Positions 1 through 7,407 of a DNA stretch of 20,000 nucleotides are shown here, piece after piece (within the stretch, counting starts at the first letter, position 1; each line of letters opens with the position of its first letter). Made by a program: the position numbers and the translations under genes. The notes under the pieces were generated by a model. The model ran no database searches, was not told the origin of the DNA, and saw only the letters and a program-made list of their open reading frames with translations. This DNA comes from an uncultured virus (IMG/VR IMGVR_UViG_3300025708_000562) (lineage: Duplodnaviria > Heunggongvirae > Uroviricota > Caudoviricetes): the IMG/VR virus record IMGVR_UViG_3300025708_000562. One strand, given 5' to 3'.

Positions 1-1
1 A

Positions 2-2065
2 GATAACCTAGAGGATGCTGGATATCACGACCCATTCTCGCAGCGTCAGATGCTTATGGAGCGCTACGGCATAAGTCGGGCTCTAGCAACGCAATTCGAG
101 CGCCGCGAAGAGCTGATGTTTGACCCCAGGGCCAATCTAGGCATGGTAGCCAACGCCTCGCAAGCCGCAGCGCAGACATCTAGAGCGCAAGCGATCAACG
201 AGCATAACATAATAATGCAAAGAGTAATCGGCCTAGGCAGGGCTGTTGATACCGGTGACGTCGGCGCAGGCCCCTATGACGCTAGACAAGAATTTATAAG
301 CAGATTGCTAGCGGGCGAAGACTGGGAGACCCTGGTACAAGAGGAGTCCTCTAATCCCGATAGCGCCATGTCGCGATACCTCAACGCTGACCTTCAGTCG
401 CTGCTTTCCGGCGGAAGAATGGGCGCCGATGCATTACAGGCTGTATTATCTCAAATGACCCCCGAGCAAAGAGCTATATACGGCCCTAGATTTGCTGACG
501 CTGCGACGACCAACCTGCGGCGGGGGAGGTTCTTAGGGCTGGCGCCCAGTATTTTTGAGCGCAGCGAAGTCGACTCGTCGGGGGGGGTGCTCACATCCGC
601 GTCCGTGCCAATGGCTATTGCACGCATCACGCCTGAGGATTTTGGCAATACAACCTTCAGATACAATTCCGATACGGGTTCTATAGAGGCGTCTTTCGGA
701 GCGGACTCTAATCGCCATTGGTGGGACGCCAGCAGGTACTCCTTCCGCAATCTAGACATAGATGTCGCCGGCTTTGCCGATGCCATGGATTGGGAAACTG
801 AAGACATCCTGGCCGCACAAAGCCGCGCAGATATCCTGTCTGGCGTAACTGACATGATGCCCACGCGCACGCAGATACTATACGGGCAAGCCTTCCAACG
901 GCGTGCGGGTTATGATTTAGGCGTCGGAGGACAAAGAGGCGCTGAGGCTATCCAGCGCGCGTATGATGTTTCATCGTATATAGCCTCTGCCCCCACAGCC
1001 GAGGAGGCTCGTACCTCACTAACTAGCGGGACAATGGGCTACAATGACGCCATGGATGAATGGTATTATTCTGTGCAAGACAAATACCGGCGTTCCGGCT
1101 TGAGCTTCACCGGCAACGCCAGCGATGCAACTGATGTTTATGATTTCACCAACAGGCTATCCGAAACGCTCTTCGGATATGACATGGCCAGCCCGCGCTT
1201 CACGCCGCAAGATCGCCAGAGGCTAGACTACTTTACATCAATAGTTTACCCCAGCATAGCCGGAGCGAGATCGGAGCAGCAGCGCGACGCGGAGGGCGAT
1301 CTGGGCTCAGCGCTTAGAACAGCCAGGGCGCGTACCGGCGGAGGCCTTACCGAAGAAGAGCTCAGAATGCGTAGCGCGGTGGGTTCGAGATACAATCTAT
1401 CAGAAGAAGAGTGGTCAACGGTTTCTGACATTATGATGATGTCCTATGCCGAGGGGATTAGCTTAGCGCAAGCCGCCGACAGGTTGGGAGTTGACGATCA
1501 GGATATACGCAACGCCACGGCGACAATCTTCGGCACGCGCGGCGCAGCACGCGGAGCGGTGATTGCTGCCGGGGAGAACTATGACATACAAATGGCTGGG
1601 GCGCAACAAGCCCTAGAACGCTTTAGTTATCTGTTCGACCCACATATAGGCGGGCGCAGCGTAACCATGGCGGAGGCGCTAAAGGCATACCGCAGAGGCG
1701 AAAATGTTGACTTTAGATACGCTGAAGGTTACGCCGACACGGACCTAGGGCGCCTGGCCAGCGCGGTGGTCACCACGGACACGCTAAGCGAAGAAACCCT
1801 AGCCAATTTAATCGCTGAAGATCAACGCAGGCGCGGCGTATCTAGCGCTGACGATAGAGAGACCGGCGGTGGGACCGGTGGGGCGGGCGAGGATTTCTCT
1901 ATCAGCACCGGCACCATGAACGTCACAGCGACCACCGTGGTTGTAAGCGAAGGCACCGGGGTGAGCAGCGGCGGAGCCAGCAATTCCCGCGAAACTGGTA
2001 CAGGGCTAACAACTGGATCCCCAGGGAGTTTCGGGCCATGGATGCGAGGGGGTGAGTCGGATTGA
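2..2065 (+). CDS. 5'-truncated large virion protein, probably the C-terminal part of a tail tape measure protein
   Basis: The frame is open from position 2 with no stop before the ATG at 50, so the gene likely starts upstream of the window. The protein is Ala/Arg/Gly-rich and helical-looking, with a Gly/Ser/Thr-rich end (ISTGTMNVTATTVVVSEG). It lies directly upstream of tail/baseplate genes. The product call rests on context and composition. Confidence 0.5.
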   Translation, partial: DNLEDAGYHDPFSQRQMLMERYGISRALATQFERREELMFDPRANLGMVANASQAAAQTSRAQAINEHNIIMQRVIGLGRAVDTGDVGAGPYDARQEFISRLLAGEDWETLVQEESSNPDSAMSRYLNADLQSLLSGGRMGADALQAVLSQMTPEQRAIYGPRFADAATTNLRRGRFLGLAPSIFERSEVDSSGGVLTSASVPMAIARITPEDFGNTTFRYNSDTGSIEASFGADSNRHWWDASRYSFRNLDIDVAGFADAMDWETEDILAAQSRADILSGVTDMMPTRTQILYGQAFQRRAGYDLGVGGQRGAEAIQRAYDVSSYIASAPTAEEARTSLTSGTMGYNDAMDEWYYSVQDKYRRSGLSFTGNASDATDVYDFTNRLSETLFGYDMASPRFTPQDRQRLDYFTSIVYPSIAGARSEQQRDAEGDLGSALRTARARTGGGLTEEELRMRSAVGSRYNLSEEEWSTVSDIMMMSYAEGISLAQAADRLGVDDQDIRNATATIFGTRGAARGAVIAAGENYDIQMAGAQQALERFSYLFDPHIGGRSVTMAEALKAYRRGENVDFRYAEGYADTDLGRLASAVVTTDTLSEETLANLIAEDQRRRGVSSADDRETGGGTGGAGEDFSISTGTMNVTATTVVVSEGTGVSSGGASNSRETGTGLTTGSPGSFGPWMRGGESD

Positions 2066-3408
2066 GTAGCATATTTAGTGGCAGCCCGATTGACGTGATG
2101 TTTCGCGAGCTCAGGCGACAGAACGGCAAAGACCCCATTGAATGCGCCCCCGAAGGGGACTCCTCGGGGGCCTCTTACGACGACATCTCTAGCTGGGGCA
2201 AGATTAGCGACTATATCGACCGCGAGTCGCACGCACGGGGGATAAACCCTAGCGCGTGGGAGCACGAATCAGCGCTAGCTGATAGCGTAGATTACAACGG
2301 GATGTGGAATGGCGCCCCACTATCAGAATGGATGACAGCCGCGGAGAATGCTGCGTCAAACGCTGAATTCGTTACACTGGGCTCCACCACCTTAAAATAC
2401 AGCACAGTGGACGACAGATTGCGCCAACTGCCATTCTTCGCTCAAGATGCCACGCTGCATTACTTACATCACAGGCCACGAGGAACGATCCAAAGCATAG
2501 CCACCGAGATATGCCAAAATGCCACGGCACAGTGGAATGCCGACCACCCTAATCATGTAATTCAGGGTCGGATGCTGAGGGGGCTCCCCTATCCAGTGTC
2601 ACGTTATACAGCCCTGCGCCAAGCCTACCTTGGAGACTCCTCGATAGGGGGAGGCGGGCGCGGTGGGGGAGGCACTACGCCGCTGCCATTCGTAGCTGGT
2701 GGACCGTGGGCGGAGACTGCCTTTAGGGGCAAGACCTTTGCCCTAGAGCCCGTCTTGAAAGCCGGCTTCGGCCCCGCGGTGCGGCCTGGTACGGGTGGGT
2801 ATATCGTAGACCATCCCCATCGGTATGCCACAATACACGTCATTGACATTGATGGCACTGTCAGATTTAGCACTACCGACTTTGCGTTGCAAAAGGTAGC
2901 CAAGCAGGTTGGGGAGAAATTCCAGATGATATCAACCTGGGACGGCCCGCAATTGGTGTTCCGCTGCGAGCGCGGCTCGATCTATCAACTCGGCTTCAGC
3001 ATGCTCAATACTAAAAATTTTGACTGGCTACGTGCGTTTCAAATGAACTGGACGCGCTACTTCCGCGGTAGCGCATTGGCATCACAGCAGAGCCGGCTCT
3101 ATGTACTATATGGCGCGACGCTATTAGGAGGCTATCCTACTGGGATGTCCATATCTGAATCAACAACGGCAGAGCCGCTAGCACAGTTGATGATACAGAT
3201 GTATATCACCGATGACGTTCCTCTGCCGGACATGACTATCATCAACGCCGCTACGGGAGAATACACCTGGGAGGGTGATACATTCGTAGTAGGCTCCGGA
3301 GTGAGCAACCTCGACGGCTATGTCAGGCAAGCCACGCCAACACCGGAGTCGATTAACGAGCCTTCTCCGCCGCAAATCCCCGCAGTGACCAATCCAGGCC
3401 TTGTGTAA
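2062..3408 (+). CDS. Putative tail/baseplate structural protein with a tube-initiator-like C-terminal domain
   Basis: 448-aa ORF whose TTG start overlaps the upstream stop. A Gly-rich linker (GGGGRGGGG) separates two domains. The beta-rich C-domain (FALQKV..EKFQ..TW..LNTKNFDW..NW.RYFRGS..LYVLY..GY) resembles proteins I recall following tape-measure genes in large myophages; not verified. Confidence 0.45.
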   Translation: MSSIFSGSPIDVMFRELRRQNGKDPIECAPEGDSSGASYDDISSWGKISDYIDRESHARGINPSAWEHESALADSVDYNGMWNGAPLSEWMTAAENAASNAEFVTLGSTTLKYSTVDDRLRQLPFFAQDATLHYLHHRPRGTIQSIATEICQNATAQWNADHPNHVIQGRMLRGLPYPVSRYTALRQAYLGDSSIGGGGRGGGGTTPLPFVAGGPWAETAFRGKTFALEPVLKAGFGPAVRPGTGGYIVDHPHRYATIHVIDIDGTVRFSTTDFALQKVAKQVGEKFQMISTWDGPQLVFRCERGSIYQLGFSMLNTKNFDWLRAFQMNWTRYFRGSALASQQSRLYVLYGATLLGGYPTGMSISESTTAEPLAQLMIQMYITDDVPLPDMTIINAATGEYTWEGDTFVVGSGVSNLDGYVRQATPTPESINEPSPPQIPAVTNPGLV

Positions 3409-3445
3409 AAAAGGGGGGCGCACCCATTGCCCCCCCTTATTTTTC
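3407..3445. terminator. Bidirectional intrinsic terminator
   Basis: Stem AAGGGGGGC (3411-3419) / GCCCCCCCTT (3429-3438) with an A-tract on the left and a T-tract on the right, between convergent stops at 3408 and 3446. Confidence 0.85.
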
Positions 3446-3976
3446 CTACTCGCTCACTATCATGAAGTGAGACGAGCTGGCGCTTATCAGCGCCGACGAC
3501 GTCGCTACGTGCTTTTTCCTGCCCTTCTGCGTGGTGCGGTCGAACTCCGCACCTGCCAGTATGACCTTTATCCCTAACCTGCGAACCATGCGCACAAGGG
3601 GGACCATGTCCTGATCCCCCGAGACCAGCACGATGGTGTTTGGCTTGTAGGTGAACACGTCGTGCATGATGTGTGCCGCGATCGCAACATCCACCCCACG
3701 CTCGCGAGCTTCGAGTCCGTTGGCTTCAATGGGGTAGAAGTGGATCTCGATCCCGCACTTACGAAGCTGATCCTCGTAAATGCGATCAGTATCAACCGCG
3801 CCGTGCTCTATGGCGCTGCGTGCAGGGAATCGACCCTGGAACAACGCCATGTATGCTGGAGTCTCGCCGATCTTGTCGAAGACCCCATTGAGTAGCTCCT
3901 CCAAACTCTTTCCCTTGTCCCGGTGGTATCCAACGATCTCCCACCAGAACCCTCCGTCGAGATACATGTATACCAT
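3446..3976 (-). CDS. NYN-domain (LabA/DUF88, PIN-like fold) putative ribonuclease
   Basis: Diagnostic motifs YLDGG, ERGVDVAIA and IVLVSGDQDMVPLV..VRRLGIKVIL, plus a C-terminal S..L..AS..F. The catalytic aspartates appear intact. Confidence 0.88.
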   Translation of the reverse strand: MVYMYLDGGFWWEIVGYHRDKGKSLEELLNGVFDKIGETPAYMALFQGRFPARSAIEHGAVDTDRIYEDQLRKCGIEIHFYPIEANGLEARERGVDVAIAAHIMHDVFTYKPNTIVLVSGDQDMVPLVRMVRRLGIKVILAGAEFDRTTQKGRKKHVATSSALISASSSHFMIVSE

Positions 3977-4003
3977 ATTAAACGCCTATCTGGGTGCATT
4001 GCA

Positions 4004-4011
4004 TTTATAAC
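4004..4011 (-). promoter_or_regulatory. GTTATAAA putative phage promoter element upstream of the NYN gene
   Basis: The same 8-mer occurs in intergenic DNA at 7208-7215 and 14637-14644, each upstream of a - strand unit. Confidence 0.4.
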
Positions 4012-4019
4012 TCAACCAG

Positions 4020-4415
4020 CTAGCCTTTGATCACCAACTCATAGCCATCCCTTCTAGCAGCATTAAGCAGTGCAGTAACACAGCTGCGGACTGTAGCCAC
4101 GGCAAATCGGTGAGAATGCATTGTGCCGTCTTCCACAATTGATACGCCAGGCGTCAACGCGCAGAAACAGCTCGTCATAAGGGGATAGTCCGCCGTGCTC
4201 AATATGGTGTATTCCGAGGGCCATGCGATGTAACGCACCCATCCCCGCCAAGGGGACCCGTATCGCACCCACCTATACAACCGGCTATCCATCACTAATT
4301 TGGCTATTGCAAGCCCCCCCCGCACCTCGCTCCACTTAGGCGGTATCTCCTCCACCTCCAGGATGTATTCCTTGCCTTCCTTGTGGAAGCCAACCACTAT
4401 TCGTTCACTCATCAT
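4020..4415 (-). CDS. Tandem paralog family, copy 9 (unknown function)
   Basis: MSERIVVGF..EEIPPKW..H-x7-RSCVTALLNAARRDGYELVI. GGAGG RBS; the start overlaps the end of the upstream copy. Confidence 0.85.
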   Translation of the reverse strand: MMSERIVVGFHKEGKEYILEVEEIPPKWSEVRGGLAIAKLVMDSRLYRWVRYGSPWRGWVRYIAWPSEYTILSTADYPLMTSCFCALTPGVSIVEDGTMHSHRFAVATVRSCVTALLNAARRDGYELVIKG

Positions 4416-4731
4416 AACCTCCTAGGATAACTAATTCACACCCCCAACTTCGAGTTGCATGGACTAGCGCTGTGACGAGGCGCCGCCTGGCGATTATCCC
4501 GCCTTCGTGGCCGCCACAAAGAAATCCCAGTTCACTCGGGCGAAGTGAGCATCTATTTTGCCCAAACCACCCAAACCTGTCACTAGATGATCTGCATAAC
4601 GTATAGCCACCGTAGCGCGGATAGTCGTTATCTATAATGTAGACAATTTCACGACCGTGCATCCAGCAGTCTGGCAACTCCTCCACCACCGCGTTAAGGC
4701 CCTCGATCCTGATTACAACCTTGTTACTCAT
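4405..4731 (-). CDS. Tandem paralog family, copy 8
   Basis: Start reassigned to MSNKVVIRI (ATG 4731, GAGGTGG RBS). Contains EELPDCW..H-x7-RRLVTALVHATRSWGCELVI. Confidence 0.8.
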   Translation of the reverse strand: MSNKVVIRIEGLNAVVEELPDCWMHGREIVYIIDNDYPRYGGYTLCRSSSDRFGWFGQNRCSLRPSELGFLCGGHEGGIIARRRLVTALVHATRSWGCELVILGGYDE

Positions 4732-4766
4732 CCGGCCACCTCTCGATATAATGCCTATATAAAACC

Positions 4767-5015
4767 TCATAGGTCCTTGCGGGCTCCACTTCCGTGGGCA
4801 GTACGCAGGAAATCCTCGCCAATATCCCCTGTGTCACTCGGCCGCAGGACTATATCATACTCCGGGATATCGCCGCCAAAGTCACACTGCCCCACGAGCT
4901 CATAGGCGGTGTCGAACACAGATGAAATCCGGTCGCGCCACGCCCTCGGCAGCTCTAACACGCGCCAGGCTAGCCTGTTTCCCCGCGAGCATCCGATCTC
5001 AATGCGCTCTTCCAT
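4767..5015 (-). pseudogene. Tandem paralog family, copy 7, apparently truncated or frameshifted
   Basis: Has the family N-terminus (MEERIEIG..LELPRAW) but stops after 82 aa at HGSGARKDL*, lacking the conserved C-terminal helix. Confidence 0.55.
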
Positions 5016-5017
5016 GG

Positions 5018-5335
5018 CTACCCCCTAAGCACAAATTCATAACCATCGCATCGGGCTATGTTCAACAACGCCGCAACGGCTCGGCGCGCGGCGAATATCA
5101 TCTCATTATGGGTACTAACTTGCAGGATATAGTATGCCTTGCCCAGCTGACTCTCCCTGACCGCCATAAAGCATGTATCCGTCCGCAGCTCCGGGCAACT
5201 GCACGTCTCTACGCTATATTTTCCATGGTTATCGCGTATGCGCCTTAAGCAGCGCGGCCTAAACCAACTCTCAGGCTGTTCGTGTACCACAAACTCTTTA
5301 TCGCACGCTCGTATGCTGATGACAATGCGCTCCAC
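5018..5335 (-). CDS. Tandem paralog family, copy 6
   Basis: GTG start at 5335 after AAGGAGG. ERIVISI..HEQPESW..CPELRTDTCF..H-x7-RRAVAALLNIARCDGYEFV. Confidence 0.85.
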   Translation of the reverse strand: MERIVISIRACDKEFVVHEQPESWFRPRCLRRIRDNHGKYSVETCSCPELRTDTCFMAVRESQLGKAYYILQVSTHNEMIFAARRAVAALLNIARCDGYEFVLRG

Positions 5336-5345
5336 CCCGTCCTCC

Positions 5346-5681
5346 TTAGGGAATAAGTCTGAACTCGTAACCATCTCGACGGGCTATGTTAAGCAACGCA
5401 GCGATAGCTCTGCGCGTATCACGCACAAATGCAGCGTGATCCTTGACGAAGGGGGAGTCGTACGGCCAGTCTAGCTGGCTTTTATAGGCTGCCACATAAC
5501 ACACGTTACCGCGCAACTCCGGGCAACCACTAACAAGCACCGTGTACTCGCCTCGCGCGTCTCGCGCCCGGCGTATTTCCCTAGCCCCGCCAGGCGGCGA
5601 TCGCCTGAACCAGCCCTTGGGTTGCTCGTATATCACAAACTGACGACCGCGCGATAGCATTTTAACGGAGATGCGCTCCAT
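5346..5681 (-). CDS. Tandem paralog family, copy 5
   Basis: GAGGAGG RBS. MERISV..YEQPKGW..CPELRGNVCY..H-x7-RRAIAALLNIARRDGYEFRLIP. Confidence 0.88.
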   Translation of the reverse strand: MERISVKMLSRGRQFVIYEQPKGWFRRSPPGGAREIRRARDARGEYTVLVSGCPELRGNVCYVAAYKSQLDWPYDSPFVKDHAAFVRDTRRAIAALLNIARRDGYEFRLIP

Positions 5682-5693
5682 TTGTCCTCCTCT

Positions 5694-6026
5694 CTACGGT
5701 ATAATCCTGAATTCATAACCGTTTTGGCGGGCTATGTTCACTAAGGCAGTAATAGCTCGCCGCAGGGCCTTCACCCACGCTTGATGCTCCCCGACGGTGG
5801 AATAGTCAAACTCCATACCCAGCTGGCCCTTGCTTCTGGCCACATAACACATATCAGGACGCAACTCTGGCCATTCACACACATATACATGATACATATA
5901 GCCCAGCATGTTGATGATACCTATCGTGATACCATCTTCCCTCCCCCTCCTGAACCAATTCTCGGGTTGCTTATGTATCGCGAACGCTCGACCGTGCTTT
6001 CTTATGCTAACGACGATGCTTTCCAT
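5694..6026 (-). CDS. Tandem paralog family, copy 4
   Basis: Start reassigned to ATG 6026 after AAGGAGG. MESIVVSI..HKQPENW..WPELRPDMCY..H-x7-RRAITALVNIARQNGYEFRIIP. Confidence 0.88.
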   Translation of the reverse strand: MESIVVSIRKHGRAFAIHKQPENWFRRGREDGITIGIINMLGYMYHVYVCEWPELRPDMCYVARSKGQLGMEFDYSTVGEHQAWVKALRRAITALVNIARQNGYEFRIIP

Positions 6027-6042
6027 CTGGTCCTCCTTGTTC

Positions 6043-6402
6043 TCAGCACTTGATGACGAAGTCATAACCCTTGGCGCGCGTAAGGTTGACCAGAACGGTG
6101 ACGGCACGCCTAACGGCGCGTACTTGCCACTCATGCGGCTCGCCAAGCATGTATCTGAACACCTCCGGCGACAGCACCTCGTAGCGTTCCGCAGCCAAGC
6201 GCAACGCGCGCACCCAAATGCCATAATTATCACCAATTCGGCCCGGGTATACGAAATACACCCCCGCGATGGCTTTCACATCTACTTCAAACCACCTGCG
6301 ACCGTAATCATGTCCGGCAAACCACGCCAGCGGCTGCTCAAGTATCGCGAATGTGTAGATATTTCCCTCTTTACGAAATCTCACGACCATTCTTTCAGCC
6401 AT
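6043..6402 (-). CDS. Tandem paralog family, copy 3
   Basis: Start reassigned to ATG 6402 after GGAGGAG. MAERMVVRF..LEQPLAW..H-x7-RRAVTVLVNLTRAKGYDFVI. Confidence 0.85.
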   Translation of the reverse strand: MAERMVVRFRKEGNIYTFAILEQPLAWFAGHDYGRRWFEVDVKAIAGVYFVYPGRIGDNYGIWVRALRLAAERYEVLSPEVFRYMLGEPHEWQVRAVRRAVTVLVNLTRAKGYDFVIKC

Positions 6403-6793
6403 ATTTATACTCCTCCCAAAGTTCAAACTCATGTCCATAGTGGCGAGTGGCGTTAACTAGAGCCGTTATAGCCCTCCTCATGGCAGCAACGGCAGAGGCG
6501 TGTCTTGTTATCCCGTCACTCATCACCCCATATATAGCTTGGTTGAGCTGGTCCTCTCTGTGGGCCAGGAAGAGCCCCCACAACATCACCCGGGGAGCGT
6601 GATTGTACGACTCAAATATCTTGTATATTCCCTCATCCTGGTGCGTCTCGAACCTTAGGGCTGATATTGTCCACAGGTCGCCTATCCTGAGCGGGCCTCT
6701 GGACCTAAACATCCATGACTCGGGTTGCTCATGTATAATGAGCCTGAATCTCCGCCCCTCTTTGCTGAAGCTAATCGCCATCTTCTGAGACAT
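6395..6793 (-). CDS. Tandem paralog family, copy 2
   Basis: Start reassigned to ATG 6793 after AAGGAGG. MSQKMAISF..HEQPESW..H-x7-RRAITALVNATRHYGHEF. Confidence 0.85.
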   Translation of the reverse strand: MSQKMAISFSKEGRRFRLIIHEQPESWMFRSRGPLRIGDLWTISALRFETHQDEGIYKIFESYNHAPRVMLWGLFLAHREDQLNQAIYGVMSDGITRHASAVAAMRRAITALVNATRHYGHEFELWEEYKYG

Positions 6794-7151
6794 GCTCCGC
6801 CTCCTTGTACTCTCTAATGACAAACTCATGTCCATCGCGGCGTGCAGCGTTGAATAAAGCCGTTATCGCTCTCCTTATGTTTCGCACTGTCTTCGCGTGC
6901 CCACCATACACCGGAGCATCGTAATGATCAAATTGATAGCGCCCGCTCGCCAAGAAGCAGTCATTACGGCTGATCGCGGGGCAATACATTACCTTCACTT
7001 CATACAGAAGAACATCATCTCCTGGCATCACTAGGGCAGCTATGACCATCTCGCGGGGCGGCGCAATCCCCCAATCTGACGGCTGGTCGTGTATCCGGAA
7101 GTCAAACTCAGACCCACGCCTTGTGAAGCTTACCTCTATCCTCTCTGGCAT
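6771..7151 (-). CDS. Tandem paralog family, copy 1
   Basis: AAGGA RBS. MPERIEVSF..HDQPSDW..CPAISRNDCF..H-x7-RRAITALFNAARRDGHEFVI. Confidence 0.88.
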   Translation of the reverse strand: MPERIEVSFTRRGSEFDFRIHDQPSDWGIAPPREMVIAALVMPGDDVLLYEVKVMYCPAISRNDCFLASGRYQFDHYDAPVYGGHAKTVRNIRRAITALFNAARRDGHEFVIREYKEAEHVSEDGD

Positions 7152-7207
7152 TCGTAGCGTCCTTTCTGTGGGATTACAACAAAAGAATGCAGACTTACTT
7201 CGCTGTT

Positions 7208-7215
7208 TTTATAAC
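7208..7215 (-). promoter_or_regulatory. GTTATAAA putative phage promoter element heading the paralog array
   Basis: Sits in the divergent intergenic gap, about 57 nt upstream of the copy 1 start. The same 8-mer occurs at 4004 and 14637. Confidence 0.4.
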
Positions 7216-7275
7216 TGCAAACCGATGATTTTGATCTCGCCCGAGGAGTATCATACTAAGACGGGAGGTAGCGCT

Positions 7276-7407
7276 ATGCCACTTGCAGATCCATCGTACA
7301 CATACAAGCACATTGACGTCCCCGCCGTGATTGACCATACGCCCATTACCGTAGAGTTTACGGCAACCGATGATCACTTCGTCGGCAGGCGGGGAGAGTT
7401 GGCTTAG
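7276..7407 (+). CDS. 43-aa hypothetical protein (MPLADPSY...GELA)
   Basis: GGGAGG RBS at 7263-7268 and ATG at 7276. The stop overlaps the GTG of the next gene. Confidence 0.55.
   Translation: MPLADPSYTYKHIDVPAVIDHTPITVEFTATDDHFVGRRGELA

Noticed and set aside
451..2265. - strand ORFs opposite the first large gene, and similar ones opposite other structural genes
   Set aside because: They lie opposite longer, coupled + strand genes and show no motifs or RBS support.
5694..6236. Longest-ORF starts for array copies and other genes (6236, 6438, 6835, 5374, 4770, 12712, 16190, 16483)
   Set aside because: They overlap upstream genes extensively or run through hairpins. Downstream starts have GGAGG-type RBSs and, for the array copies, align with the family N-terminus.
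6402..6409. TATAAATA (T4-late-like) on the - strand
   Set aside because: It lies between the RBS and ATG of copy 3, so it is most likely an AT-rich spacer.
5908..6456. 182-aa + strand ORF and other + strand ORFs across the array
   Set aside because: They are antisense shadows of the paralogs, which have RBSs and shared motifs.
4020..7151. Diversity-generating retroelement or integron cassette array as the source of the paralog variation
   Set aside because: No reverse transcriptase or integrase in the window, no near-identical TR/VR pair differing at adenines, and the genes overlap or abut, leaving no room for attC sites.
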